64,000 nucleotides of DNA from a virus (IMGVR_UViG_3300000176_000008:5609-69608); one strand, 5' to 3'. Positions 35,972 through 45,454 are shown, numbered from the stretch's first letter. Numbers and translations: made by a program. The notes: generated from the sequence alone by a model not told the origin.

Positions 35972-36069
35972 GCTGATAGTTCCTTCATAACTGTTAGAGT
36001 CAGTGGATGTTGACGCATCGCGACTGGCACTAATATTTATTAAATCTTGCCTTTTATATGTGATTGGTG
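35378..36069 (-). mobile_element. Homing-endonuclease insertion cassette (replacement C-terminus, late promoter, hairpin leader, GIY-YIG ORF)
   Basis: Bounded by two versions of the last 10 codons of the host gene; TAAATA at 36034-36039. Confidence 0.7.
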
Positions 36070-36465
36070 TATCCTGCAACTTATCTGTCCGTTATAATAA
36101 TCATCTGATTCTAATACTTTTCTTTCAAACTGGGTTCTTGCTTCTACATAAGTGCATTCACTTTTACTTTTGCAATAGAATAATATTTCTCTTGTAAAAT
36201 TATTCTGGCCAAGCAATTCGATATCTTTTTTAAGTTCGTCTGAGCTAGACCAATATGTTTGCCAGTCGCTTGATATTTTGCTTCTAATTTTCTTCTTCTT
36301 TTTAGTGCCATTCTTTAGTGTAACAGTTTTATATGTTGTTTTAGAGAACTTTGCTAGTTTTTTGCCTATATATTTTCTACCATTGGTCAAGTTCGTGATA
36401 AGATATACAAATCCTACACAATCTTCAGGAAGAGTCTCCACTGCTTGATTTTGGTATGTCCACAT
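36040..36465 (-). CDS. Small GIY-YIG-superfamily nuclease (catalytic domain only)
   Basis: GFVYLITNLTNGRKYIGKK...WQTYWSSS...FTREIL...YVE...YYNG. Confidence 0.8.
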   Translation of the reverse strand: MWTYQNQAVETLPEDCVGFVYLITNLTNGRKYIGKKLAKFSKTTYKTVTLKNGTKKKKKIRSKISSDWQTYWSSSDELKKDIELLGQNNFTREILFYCKSKSECTYVEARTQFERKVLESDDYYNGQISCRIHQSHIKGKI

Positions 36466-36838
36466 TCTTCTTTTTATACTTCTTTGGTGGCTCTTTGGCC
36501 TCTACTTCTCGTTTCTTCTTATCAAATGCCTCGGCCATATCTTTGCTTCGGTTTCTTAGAACGATACACAATTTCTGTAGTCTAACCACAGTATGCCTAA
36601 ACTCGGTACCTGATCTAAGGGCACTAGATTTAAGGAACCTACGATGATAGTTATTAACTTCTACAAGTGCAGCCACAAAATCTGAGTATGCTTGCGTATA
36701 CTCGGCTCGTGTCCGTACGATTTCCGAGTCATCTAGCAAAATACATTGGGCACCGTGATACCGTTTGTAAGTTAGCTTAGACACTCGACTACCGCACTTT
36801 TCGCAGGTTACATGGTCTTTTGTAGATTCAAGCCACAT
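36425..36838 (-). CDS. Basic hypothetical protein with an N-terminal CxxC...H...C zinc module
   Basis: 137 aa; CEKCGSRVSKLTYKRYHGAQC followed by a basic helical region; overlaps both neighbouring genes. Confidence 0.65.
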   Translation of the reverse strand: MWLESTKDHVTCEKCGSRVSKLTYKRYHGAQCILLDDSEIVRTRAEYTQAYSDFVAALVEVNNYHRRFLKSSALRSGTEFRHTVVRLQKLCIVLRNRSKDMAEAFDKKKREVEAKEPPKKYKKKNVDIPKSSSGDSS

Positions 36839-38612
36839 ATTCTAAATCATTATTATACGAAGTAAAGCCGTTCTCTTTTACCACCCGGAGGACACTATTT
36901 ACACGGCCCACTAATTCATCCTTGTGAGATATAAGGTAAATGTTCTTATTTCGTTCTCGAGCCATTTTCTTCAGCACGGCTAGCGCACTTTCCACACCCG
37001 CTGAGTCCATACCGGCATCAACAAGCTCGTCGATGAACAACAGGTTAATGCTCTGGTACAGCCCTTCCCATACATCTCTAAAGGCAAAGCTCATAGAAAG
37101 AATCAATCGATTACGCTCGCCTCGGCTTAAATTATCAAAGTCTAAATCTTGACCTAGTTGAGTAATTTCCACATTTAGGTCATTTTGGAATACCACAGCA
37201 TGTGGCAATCCTAGCTTGTCGATGTAATAACTCAAGCGTTTGTTCAAGTAGTTTAAATTCTGATCAATGATCTTTTTGCGAATAAAGCTGTCTTTATTGG
37301 TCAGAAGTTTTAGCAGGAACTCTTGATGTTCTTTAATTCTAGTCAACTCGTTAATGGTGTCCCACGAAATTTCTTGTAGGGCACTTTTCTTTAGTTCTTC
37401 AACCTGTTCGGCATAGGGGTTAGTTTCTTCTGCTCGTTGATTCAATCGAGCTTCTAGGCTATCCAAGTTATTTTTATGACCCAGTGCTTCTGCTTCTGTA
37501 TCGTAGAATGTAATAGGTCGTTTAGGTTGTTCACCGATGGCAGTTATTTCGTCTACAATCTTTTGATAATCAGCTGATACTTTTTCTAGATATGTATAAG
37601 CATCGGTAATATTTTTAGTAACAGTGGCAGTCATTTCTTCGTGCTTGTGATCGTGAAGATCCTGTTCACAAGCCGGGCATTGTTTGGTTTCTAACTTTTC
37701 TAATTCTTTATTATACTTGGTGAGAGTTTTGTCTGCTTGCGTTACAGCACTTTCTAGAGTGGACTTTTGTTTCTGTAGGCTGATAATCTTGCTGTTGTTA
37801 TCTTCCCATACTTTTAATTGAGCGTGAGCAGCAAGTTCGTTATTGATATCCACGGTGACCAGTGTTTGTATGTTGTTTACTAGGCTGGTTAAATCTTGTT
37901 CTTTCTTGGTTTCCCAAGCATTGCCGCGGGTGATTAGGCTGTCAATGCTCTTCTGAATATTCTCATTGGACTTCTTAACAGTTTCAATCCGAGCAGTTTC
38001 TAATACAATGGCATCCTTGGTTTCTTTGACCAAGGCCTTTAGTGTTTCTGCTTTTTCACTTAATTGAGTAATACCTAGCAGTTGTTCGATGACTTCTCGT
38101 TGATCAGCAGCTCGCATAGCCAGGAACGGCTCAGTATAGGTATTCAACGCCACTAGATGTTTAAACATAGTATGGCTCATACCCAGCATCTGCTCAATGG
38201 CCTTTTGTGTTTCTCGGCTATCGCCCTGACTATCGTCTTCTAATTCTTCAGTTTTAATCTGATCATTGTTGACAAACAGCTTGAGCACATTGGGTTTGCG
38301 ACCGCGTTCAATTCTATAAAGATTACCACCTTTTTCAAACTCAACAGTGACCAACATGGCCTTGCTGTTGGTTTTATTGATTAAGTTTTCTTTCTTAATG
38401 TTGGTAAGTGCTTGACCGTACAGAGCATAACTTAGAGCATTAATAATGGTAGTCTTGCCAGTGCCATTTCTAGAACCGGTATCATCGCCGCCTAGATCTA
38501 GATTAGAACCTAAAACCAAAGTCAAGGATTCGCGATCAAAATCTACTGCCTGGGTATTTTGACCCACGCTCATAAAATTCTTTACGGTTAAATTCTTTAT
38601 ATTAAAGTTCAT
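36828..38612 (-). CDS. gp46: Recombination endonuclease ATPase subunit (gp46/SbcC/Rad50)
   Basis: Walker A NGTGKTT, zinc hook CPAC, signature LSRGE, Walker B LLFIDE and H-loop ISH. Confidence 0.95.
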   Translation of the reverse strand: MNFNIKNLTVKNFMSVGQNTQAVDFDRESLTLVLGSNLDLGGDDTGSRNGTGKTTIINALSYALYGQALTNIKKENLINKTNSKAMLVTVEFEKGGNLYRIERGRKPNVLKLFVNNDQIKTEELEDDSQGDSRETQKAIEQMLGMSHTMFKHLVALNTYTEPFLAMRAADQREVIEQLLGITQLSEKAETLKALVKETKDAIVLETARIETVKKSNENIQKSIDSLITRGNAWETKKEQDLTSLVNNIQTLVTVDINNELAAHAQLKVWEDNNSKIISLQKQKSTLESAVTQADKTLTKYNKELEKLETKQCPACEQDLHDHKHEEMTATVTKNITDAYTYLEKVSADYQKIVDEITAIGEQPKRPITFYDTEAEALGHKNNLDSLEARLNQRAEETNPYAEQVEELKKSALQEISWDTINELTRIKEHQEFLLKLLTNKDSFIRKKIIDQNLNYLNKRLSYYIDKLGLPHAVVFQNDLNVEITQLGQDLDFDNLSRGERNRLILSMSFAFRDVWEGLYQSINLLFIDELVDAGMDSAGVESALAVLKKMARERNKNIYLISHKDELVGRVNSVLRVVKENGFTSYNNDLEYVA

Positions 38613-39615
38613 TGTAAATTTCTAGTAGAGTGTTGATGTTGTATTGATCGGAATTGATACTGAGTAACTGTTCAGTGACAATTTGGTCTACTGATTCAAA
38701 CTTGGCATCTTGGCTTTCTTCGATGATGCCGTCTAAGTTGTTTTTATCCTGAGTTAGACTGATTTCTCGAATATCATAATTCTTATTGAATTCTTCTTTG
38801 ATAAAATTTGCTTCTTCGTAGCTGATATCGATGTCTAAGTTTACCCGTAGGTGCATCTTAGATTTCATAATGCTGTCTTTCTGATCAATAAGGTCAGACA
38901 GTTTAACCACACGATACTTGGGACAATTTGGCCAGTTGATAAACTCGGGTTCTCCGCCCCACTCTAGAACCATCATACCTCGGTCGTCATCCCAGTTGTC
39001 GGCAAAGTTGTGGGGAAAGGCATTGCCAATATAGACAATCTTTCCTCGTTGTTGTCGCTTGTGGAAATGTCCGCTGAACACATAATCTTGGTGTTTAAAA
39101 TGTTCTGCTTGTAATTCACCGTGATCGGGCATCTGCACCATGGCATTCATATAGAACAGGGGTAATTCAAAGTGCCCGAACATATATCGGCTCTTTACCT
39201 TGCTGATATCTTTCCACTCTTCCCCAACAAGCCACGGGACTAGGGTGACATCATCAAGAGTTGTTACACCCTCTATGACGGTGACTCCTGGAATGTGGCG
39301 GCCAAAGGCGCTGGAATGAATGTCACGCTTGTCTTTGTAGAACAAATCGTGGTTGCCGGGAAACCAAAAGAACTGCTCAAAGGCAGCACCTAATTTTTCT
39401 AAACATCTTAAACTAGAATTCAAAGTGAATAAGTTTAAGCTGTTTCGATTGTGACTCCAATCGCCAAGGAATATGCAAGTTTCACACCCTTGCTCCTTGG
39501 CGGTTGAAATAAACCAATCTACGAATTCCTCACAGTCCTGCAAATGTGTTGCTGAGTTGGACTTAAGACCAAAATGAATATCTGTCATCGCAGCAACTTT
39601 TTTAAATAGACCCAT
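38602..39615 (-). CDS. gp47: Recombination endonuclease nuclease subunit (gp47/SbcD/Mre11)
   Basis: Metallophosphoesterase motifs DIHFG, LGD, GNHD, GHF and SGHFH. Confidence 0.95.
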   Translation of the reverse strand: MGLFKKVAAMTDIHFGLKSNSATHLQDCEEFVDWFISTAKEQGCETCIFLGDWSHNRNSLNLFTLNSSLRCLEKLGAAFEQFFWFPGNHDLFYKDKRDIHSSAFGRHIPGVTVIEGVTTLDDVTLVPWLVGEEWKDISKVKSRYMFGHFELPLFYMNAMVQMPDHGELQAEHFKHQDYVFSGHFHKRQQRGKIVYIGNAFPHNFADNWDDDRGMMVLEWGGEPEFINWPNCPKYRVVKLSDLIDQKDSIMKSKMHLRVNLDIDISYEEANFIKEEFNKNYDIREISLTQDKNNLDGIIEESQDAKFESVDQIVTEQLLSINSDQYNINTLLEIYNEL

Positions 39616-39636
39616 TATTATAGTTCTCCTATAAAA

Positions 39637-39665
39637 AGTATAGCGAGTCTAACTATAAAAGTCAA
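39637..39665 (-). promoter_or_regulatory. sigma70-type promoter TTGACT-N17-TATACT for the gp47-gp46 operon
   Basis: -35 at 39660-39665 and -10 at 39637-39642, followed by an AGGAG SD. Confidence 0.75.
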
Positions 39666-40576
39666 GGAATAATATCTTCGTTTTCTATTTCTTCTTCTTC
39701 AGAAACTTCTTCACTCTTGGGCATACGCATATTCTTGTATAGTTCTGCCTGACGAGCAATTTCTTCTGCATACTCTTGACTGTTTTGACGAGTCAAACTC
39801 GGTGTTAGACCTGCTTCTTCTAATAGGTCATCTCGGATATTTTGACTCTTCTTTTCGATGTTTAGAATACGAGTAAAGCTATTTGTTACCGCTGCGGTAT
39901 AGTAGGCAAATGGGTTTTCTGATTTGCTTTCGTCAAACTGCAAACCAATTTGGCTTAATTGTAGGATAGCCTGTCCCTTCATTTCGTCGATATAGGTATA
40001 ACCACGCCAGTTTGATCGTTGGGCATAGCGTTCGCTTAACTTGATAAACATCTTACCAAGGTTTTCTGTGATGCGCCCGTGGTCCTTGCTAAAGTGGCCC
40101 TTGTCCACACCGCCTTTCCAATGTGATTTCCCTACACAGATTAATTCATCTTCGTCGTTGAATTTCCAATGTTGGTAGGGTGGAAAGTTTACTTTTTCGT
40201 GACTGTCTGCAGTATTCTTGACAGTTTTCTTACGACCCGGAGCCAATGGAATGTGCTCAAAGGTCATAATACGGATTACGATGTCCGTTTTGGCAATGGT
40301 TTTGTAATCAGGTGTACAGTCTGCTAGTTTAGTTTTCTTGTCACCTGACATACGAGCTGCAGCAAATGCAGCAATGCCTATTCTTTTAGCCCTGGCTCGT
40401 TTTGCATCAGCAACAGTTCTAATGTTAATTTTATCGAGACTGGTTAAAATAATGTCGTGCTGTTGGTATTCAGGTTGTGTAAAACTTGAAAAAGAACATT
40501 TTGAACGGTGTATTTCTGCTAATAGGTCTCGGTTGTTTAGGTACTTCTGCTTTCTTATTGTGAATCCAATAGTCAT
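39662..40576 (-). CDS. gp55: Late-transcription sigma factor, T4 gp55-like
   Basis: YLNNRDLL...NWRGYTYIDEM...FDESKSENPFAYYT...NSFTRILNIEKK, located next to gp47/gp46 as in T4-like phages. Confidence 0.85.
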   Translation of the reverse strand: MTIGFTIRKQKYLNNRDLLAEIHRSKCSFSSFTQPEYQQHDIILTSLDKINIRTVADAKRARAKRIGIAAFAAARMSGDKKTKLADCTPDYKTIAKTDIVIRIMTFEHIPLAPGRKKTVKNTADSHEKVNFPPYQHWKFNDEDELICVGKSHWKGGVDKGHFSKDHGRITENLGKMFIKLSERYAQRSNWRGYTYIDEMKGQAILQLSQIGLQFDESKSENPFAYYTAAVTNSFTRILNIEKKSQNIRDDLLEEAGLTPSLTRQNSQEYAEEIARQAELYKNMRMPKSEEVSEEEEIENEDIIP

Positions 40577-40602
40577 CTTATTATTATTATCCTTTAATAT
40601 TG

Positions 40603-40671
40603 ATTATAACATATGAATGGGCAGTGTCAACCATTGTTATTAAAATAGCACATTATTTATCTGGTTAAATA
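40603..40671. promoter_or_regulatory. Divergent control region: TTGACA-N16-TATAAT (minus, 40603-40630) plus back-to-back TAAATA motifs (minus 40654-40659, plus 40666-40671)
   Basis: Motifs read directly from the intergenic sequence between gp55 and the baseplate operon. Confidence 0.7.
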
Positions 40672-40694
40672 AGAGATAAAGGAATATTTCTCAT

Positions 40695-41489
40695 ATGCCC
40701 GACCAAATACTAGGAGCCGAAAGCCCTATCTTTCCTACAGCTCCAACAGCTCCTACATTCCCAACGGCACCAGTTGGCCCTTTAAGGGATCTAGCAGGAA
40801 TTCGACCCGGTGCAATTCCGAAGATTCTTAAACCTGCAACTGATGTTAATATGCGGTTCATGAATGATGTAACTATTACTGATTCTCGCCCAGGTAGCGA
40901 TATGAGAGTTACTATAAAAGTTCCTACTGATTATCTAACAGCTCTTACTAAAGGTTCAGGTGCTTCCGAGTTTTCGACACTAGGCGGAATTGTATTTCCT
41001 TATACACCTACAATCAGTTTAGAACACAAAGCTGATTATACCACTCAGACTCCTACTCATAGCAACTATTCTATTAATTTCTTTAAAGCTAGTTCGGTTG
41101 TCGATATTAGTATTTCGGGTTTATTCACTGTACAAAATCCACAAGATGCAGCAGTATATTTGTCGGCAGTGAATTTACTGCGTGCCTTGACCAAAATGAG
41201 ATTTAGTACAGATCCTGATGCAGGAGCTCCTCCGCCTATCTGTAGATTAAATGCCTACGGTAACTATATGTTGAATAATATTCCTGTAACAATAACTAGC
41301 TTTAAAAATGATATGCCTAATGATGTTGATTTTTATGAATTACTTCCTGGACAAGGAAATTCTTTCGGACATCATCTAGTTCCTACAAAATCTACTATTT
41401 CTATTAATTGCAAAATAATGTATAGTAGACAGGAAATGTTAAATGCATCAGTAACTGACTGGTTAAGTGGCGGCGGCTTGGGAGTGTAA
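40695..41489 (+). CDS. Baseplate/tail-tube initiator-like protein
   Basis: GIVFPYTPTI, GAPPPICRLNAYG and NIPVTITSF motifs typical of tube-fold baseplate proteins; first gene of the baseplate operon. Confidence 0.65.
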   Translation: MPDQILGAESPIFPTAPTAPTFPTAPVGPLRDLAGIRPGAIPKILKPATDVNMRFMNDVTITDSRPGSDMRVTIKVPTDYLTALTKGSGASEFSTLGGIVFPYTPTISLEHKADYTTQTPTHSNYSINFFKASSVVDISISGLFTVQNPQDAAVYLSAVNLLRALTKMRFSTDPDAGAPPPICRLNAYGNYMLNNIPVTITSFKNDMPNDVDFYELLPGQGNSFGHHLVPTKSTISINCKIMYSRQEMLNASVTDWLSGGGLGV

Positions 41490-41490
41490 T

Positions 41491-41793
41491 ATGTCAGTAC
41501 CTTATTCTAAATATAGTCCATATTATAGTACTGATCAAACCAGTGGTTATTTAGACATATGGAAAGCTCCGGGTATTCCGGCCTTGGCCAATGATATCCT
41601 ATTCACCGTGACTAAGAGTTATGAATATAGACCCGATCTGTTGGCCTATGATCTCTACGGAGAAGTAGGATTGTGGTGGGTATTTGCTGTGAGAAATTTA
41701 AACACCATACAAGATCCTATATTTGATTTGCAGGCAGGTACTAAAATATATCTGCCACAATTAACTACACTTAGATCTGCATTAGGAATTTAA
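41491..41793 (+). CDS. gp53: Baseplate wedge protein, gp53-like (LysM-like)
   Basis: YEYRPDLLAYDLYGEVGLWWVFAVRN...IYLP; probable start is the ATG at 41491. Confidence 0.8.
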   Translation: MSVPYSKYSPYYSTDQTSGYLDIWKAPGIPALANDILFTVTKSYEYRPDLLAYDLYGEVGLWWVFAVRNLNTIQDPIFDLQAGTKIYLPQLTTLRSALGI

Positions 41794-41794
41794 T

Positions 41795-44700
41795 ATGGGA
41801 TTTTTTTCCAGCCTGCTTAATAATAGTTCGAGTGTAGAAAATAAAACAGCCAAAGTATCTACTGCTACATCTATAGTGTCGCCGCCTACACCGTCTGATT
41901 CTAAAAATCCCGATGTTGTTCAAGGCACTGAAAAAAATGTATTGAATAATTTTAGATCTTCGACCTATATTTTTACATTGGCAGCATTAGATTCTCAAGA
42001 AGTTAATGATCCTGATGCATATAGATCTAAGCCATTAAAATATGTTATTTTAAAATCGGGTGGGAAAGGTACTGCAGGCATTAGTAATAAAATTGTTCCT
42101 GTAGAAAGAACATATCAAGAACAATCAGAAACAACTACATCTGATGTTAAGACAGGTAAAGTTAAATCGGTATCTACTTCTACAACAAATAAAACTTGGT
42201 CAGATGCCAGCGGCGGTGCATTAGTTGACGGATTTAATAAAGACAGTCCTGGAAGGTTCGATATGTTTATCGATAATCTAGAGATTGAAAGTCTAATGTC
42301 AAGTAATGAAAAAGCACCATCTAGTCAACCGACCGGTATTAAATTTGATGTGGTTGAGCCATATAGTATCAATGGATTTATTGAAGCACTACAGGTTGCT
42401 TCAGTTGCTGCTGGATATCCTACATACACCCAAGCTAGTTTTTTATTAAAGATGCAGTTTGCAGGGTATCCCGATGGAGATGGACTGCCGGCAGTTGTTC
42501 CAGAAATAGATCATGCTACAAGATATTATGTAATTAGATTTACAGGTGTTGATGTATCCATTGACGAAAAAGGTACAATGTATAAATGTTCGGCAATTCC
42601 ATTCAATGAACAGGCATTTGGTAATATAGGAACATTAAAAAAATCTACTAAAATGACAGGTAAAACAGTTTATGAGATTTTAACCAATCTTATGGATAAG
42701 ATGACAACTCAGGTTGCTGAAGATGATAAAAAAAGTAAAAATGGCGACCAAAGTGTTCACGACGAGTATAAAATAAAATTTCCTACTTTTGATTCTACCA
42801 ACGGATTTGTTGGCGGCGACTCGGCGGGTACTAGTAATGATTTCGGTAAATCAGAGATTACTGATCTAAGTTACAATAACAATTATGTAATGCCCGACCC
42901 TGCAAAGACTACACAGCCCAATGCAACACAGGCCAAGGGACAAACCAAACCTACACCCGAACAAAATGCCAAAGCACCGGCATCTTTTAAAATATCGCCA
43001 ACAACTGGACCTACGGCACAATTTGCAGAAGGTGTTGGTTTACTAGATTGTATTAATGCAATTCTTACAGATTGTAAAAAATCAAGAGATATTATTAAAA
43101 AATTAAGCACAGAAACTAAAGATGGTAAAGTAGCTCCTGTTCCTGGCCTAATAGATGAATATGGAATGATAGACTATTTTTTAGTCAAAGCAGAAATTAC
43201 AAATAAAAATAAAATAAATCCCGACACAAGAAAACCTTATCAAATTTATACATTTGTTGTCACACCTTACAAAGTTCATTACTCTCGAATTCCAAGATAC
43301 GGAAATCCTATTGAAGATGAATCAAAATTAAAAAAATATAGTATTCGTGAATACAATTATATCTACACAGGGAAAAATGTTGATCTTTTAAGTTTTAAAT
43401 TAAATTTTAACACACTATTCTTTGAAGCTATTCCGTCGGCAATGGGTCAAGACCAGGGCCCTCCATCGCGAGATGCGATTTCAAAGACAAATCAAACTGC
43501 TCCTAAATCTAATCCCGATTCAGTAACCATTGCAAAGAATAATCCTATAGGAACGGGTTCTGTACAAACTACACCAGATAATACACAGGTGAATAAAAAT
43601 TCTGGAACAACACGACAAGATGATCCCTATCTTGTACTAGCTAGAAATATGCACAATGCTATTGTTAATTCTACCAGCGGTATGTTAACAGGAGAAGTGG
43701 ATATACTAGGAGATCCATTTTTCCTAGTAACAGGTGGTATAGGCAACTACAACCCCAAACCTGCAAGTTCTACTAATCCTCAGGTAACTGAAAATGGAGA
43801 AGCTAATCACAATCAAGGTGAAGTTTGGGTTACTCTAAAGTTTAGAAATCCGATTGATATAGATCCTACCACTGGAAAATATAATTTTGATCCTAGACTA
43901 GTTCCTTTTAGCGGAGTCTATCGAATTCTTAAAGTAGTTTCTACTTTCAAAGACGGTGTGTTTAAACAGAAATTAGATATTCTTCGAGTACCCGGTCAAT
44001 TATTAGATAGTAGTTTACCTCCAACAAACCCTGCTACGGTAATGACCAGCGAACCAAATCCTCTAGATCAAAAGCAAGAAGATACTTCTCCACCGGATAA
44101 AGTTGTTAGCGATACTTCGGAACAATCTAGCAATCGTCCTGATACTTTTAATCTGTTAAATCAACAAGATCGTGGACTACCTAGTCCCGGCTTACCCGGA
44201 CAATTAAGCAATTTTACCAATGCATCTGGAGGGCTCGGCGGTACTACTAATGCTTTGCTAACACAGGTCAGCGGTGCAACTCCTAACCTTGCTGGCATAG
44301 GAAGATCTGCTACACAGATATATGGTGGTGTAATACCCGGCGGAATCAATCAGTCTGCTCTAGGAATACCATTGCAGGCATCGGGTATTGCATCCCTGCA
44401 ACAGAAAGCATTGGGGCCTGCAGCACTATTAAATCAAGTTTCAAATACTTTAAGAGCAGGCGGTATTAGCGCACCTACCTTACAACTAGCAAATTCAATT
44501 GTGTCTCAGGCTAGCAATATTATTAATCAGGTCAGTGTACCTGGTTCAGGAATAGGTAAAGGAGCATTTGTGTCATACACTCCTGCTACGCCGGTTAGTA
44601 CCTTAATTGCTGCAGGCGGCACTATTACTGCTCAAGATGTTATTGCACAGAATTCAACAATGCCTACAAATATTACTGCAATCTCAGGCGCCGCCAAAGG

Positions 44701-45454
44701 CCTGGGTATTAATGCTATATCTGCAGTGGCTAATTTAGGACCAGCTAGTGCTATCTTATCCGGTGGTGCTCAATGTATTCCTACAAAAGCAGGATTAACA
44801 TCTGCAGCGGATCCTTTGGCAATTGCTGTAAGACTTGGAGTTAATCCGTCTCAGATTGCAGGTTTAAGTTCAAATCTACAGAGCAAAGTTTTATCGCAGT
44901 TTGCTAGTATTGCAAATAATGTGCCTGTTAATACTAATTTGTCACAAACCGCAGCACAAGGTGTAAACTTAAATTCTTTATCTCCCTCGGGTCTAGCAGC
45001 GCTGCCGGCGACTTCTCCCTATACTACAGCACCTGACCCCCAACCTGATACGCAGTATATTAATTATGTTGCTCAAACAGGCGGTAAAATGGCCTTAGCT
45101 AGATCCTATGCTGTAAATGATGTTTTGGCTATACCACAGTCTGAATTACCTCCTAGTGCAGTAACCGCAGCATTATCTTCAGTGCCTGCAGCTATTAAAA
45201 ATCCTCTAGGGTCTTTGACTAATTTACCCGGAGTTAATATTGCTGCCAATGCTGGTCGCTTATTTTCTGCGGCTTCTCAACTATCATCTCTCACCGGGAA
45301 TGTTGATGCTGTAGAAACTAAACAGAGTCTTGTAAATTCTTCTCTAGGATCAATGATCAATAACGGGGGCAATCTAACTAAATCTGTTACTTCGCAGTTT
45401 GGTAGCCTGGGTGCAGCTTCAAACCCGCTAGATAAAATAATGTTAAATCGATAA
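41795..45454 (+). CDS. Baseplate hub protein (gp27-like position) with a long low-complexity C-terminal extension
   Basis: 1219 aa between gp53 and gp5, with YNYIYTGKN, ILGDPFFL and FSGVYRILKVVSTFKDGVFKQ motifs; Ser/Ala/Gly/Asn-rich tail. Confidence 0.6.
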   Translation: MGFFSSLLNNSSSVENKTAKVSTATSIVSPPTPSDSKNPDVVQGTEKNVLNNFRSSTYIFTLAALDSQEVNDPDAYRSKPLKYVILKSGGKGTAGISNKIVPVERTYQEQSETTTSDVKTGKVKSVSTSTTNKTWSDASGGALVDGFNKDSPGRFDMFIDNLEIESLMSSNEKAPSSQPTGIKFDVVEPYSINGFIEALQVASVAAGYPTYTQASFLLKMQFAGYPDGDGLPAVVPEIDHATRYYVIRFTGVDVSIDEKGTMYKCSAIPFNEQAFGNIGTLKKSTKMTGKTVYEILTNLMDKMTTQVAEDDKKSKNGDQSVHDEYKIKFPTFDSTNGFVGGDSAGTSNDFGKSEITDLSYNNNYVMPDPAKTTQPNATQAKGQTKPTPEQNAKAPASFKISPTTGPTAQFAEGVGLLDCINAILTDCKKSRDIIKKLSTETKDGKVAPVPGLIDEYGMIDYFLVKAEITNKNKINPDTRKPYQIYTFVVTPYKVHYSRIPRYGNPIEDESKLKKYSIREYNYIYTGKNVDLLSFKLNFNTLFFEAIPSAMGQDQGPPSRDAISKTNQTAPKSNPDSVTIAKNNPIGTGSVQTTPDNTQVNKNSGTTRQDDPYLVLARNMHNAIVNSTSGMLTGEVDILGDPFFLVTGGIGNYNPKPASSTNPQVTENGEANHNQGEVWVTLKFRNPIDIDPTTGKYNFDPRLVPFSGVYRILKVVSTFKDGVFKQKLDILRVPGQLLDSSLPPTNPATVMTSEPNPLDQKQEDTSPPDKVVSDTSEQSSNRPDTFNLLNQQDRGLPSPGLPGQLSNFTNASGGLGGTTNALLTQVSGATPNLAGIGRSATQIYGGVIPGGINQSALGIPLQASGIASLQQKALGPAALLNQVSNTLRAGGISAPTLQLANSIVSQASNIINQVSVPGSGIGKGAFVSYTPATPVSTLIAAGGTITAQDVIAQNSTMPTNITAISGAAKGLGINAISAVANLGPASAILSGGAQCIPTKAGLTSAADPLAIAVRLGVNPSQIAGLSSNLQSKVLSQFASIANNVPVNTNLSQTAAQGVNLNSLSPSGLAALPATSPYTTAPDPQPDTQYINYVAQTGGKMALARSYAVNDVLAIPQSELPPSAVTAALSSVPAAIKNPLGSLTNLPGVNIAANAGRLFSAASQLSSLTGNVDAVETKQSLVNSSLGSMINNGGNLTKSVTSQFGSLGAASNPLDKIMLNR

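Noticed and set aside
35995-36030. Leader hairpin as an HDV-like/theta or hammerhead ribozyme
   Set aside because: The nested double pseudoknot and the CUGAUGA/GAAA cores are not present.
34914-36069. Structured region plus GIY-YIG ORF as a group I intron
   Set aside because: I found no convincing P7/J8-7 core (only a loose AAGATAGT resemblance) and no flanking exons to rejoin. The host gene is already completed by the replacement C-terminus, and the structure lies outside the insertion. A cmscan would settle this.
35972-36079. N-terminal 36 aa of ORF-track call 35378..36079 (likewise the extensions on 20239..20781, 22001..22822 and 41467..41793)
   Set aside because: These upstream starts overlap other genes, promoters or terminators; downstream ATGs fit the SD/promoter context and domain boundaries better.
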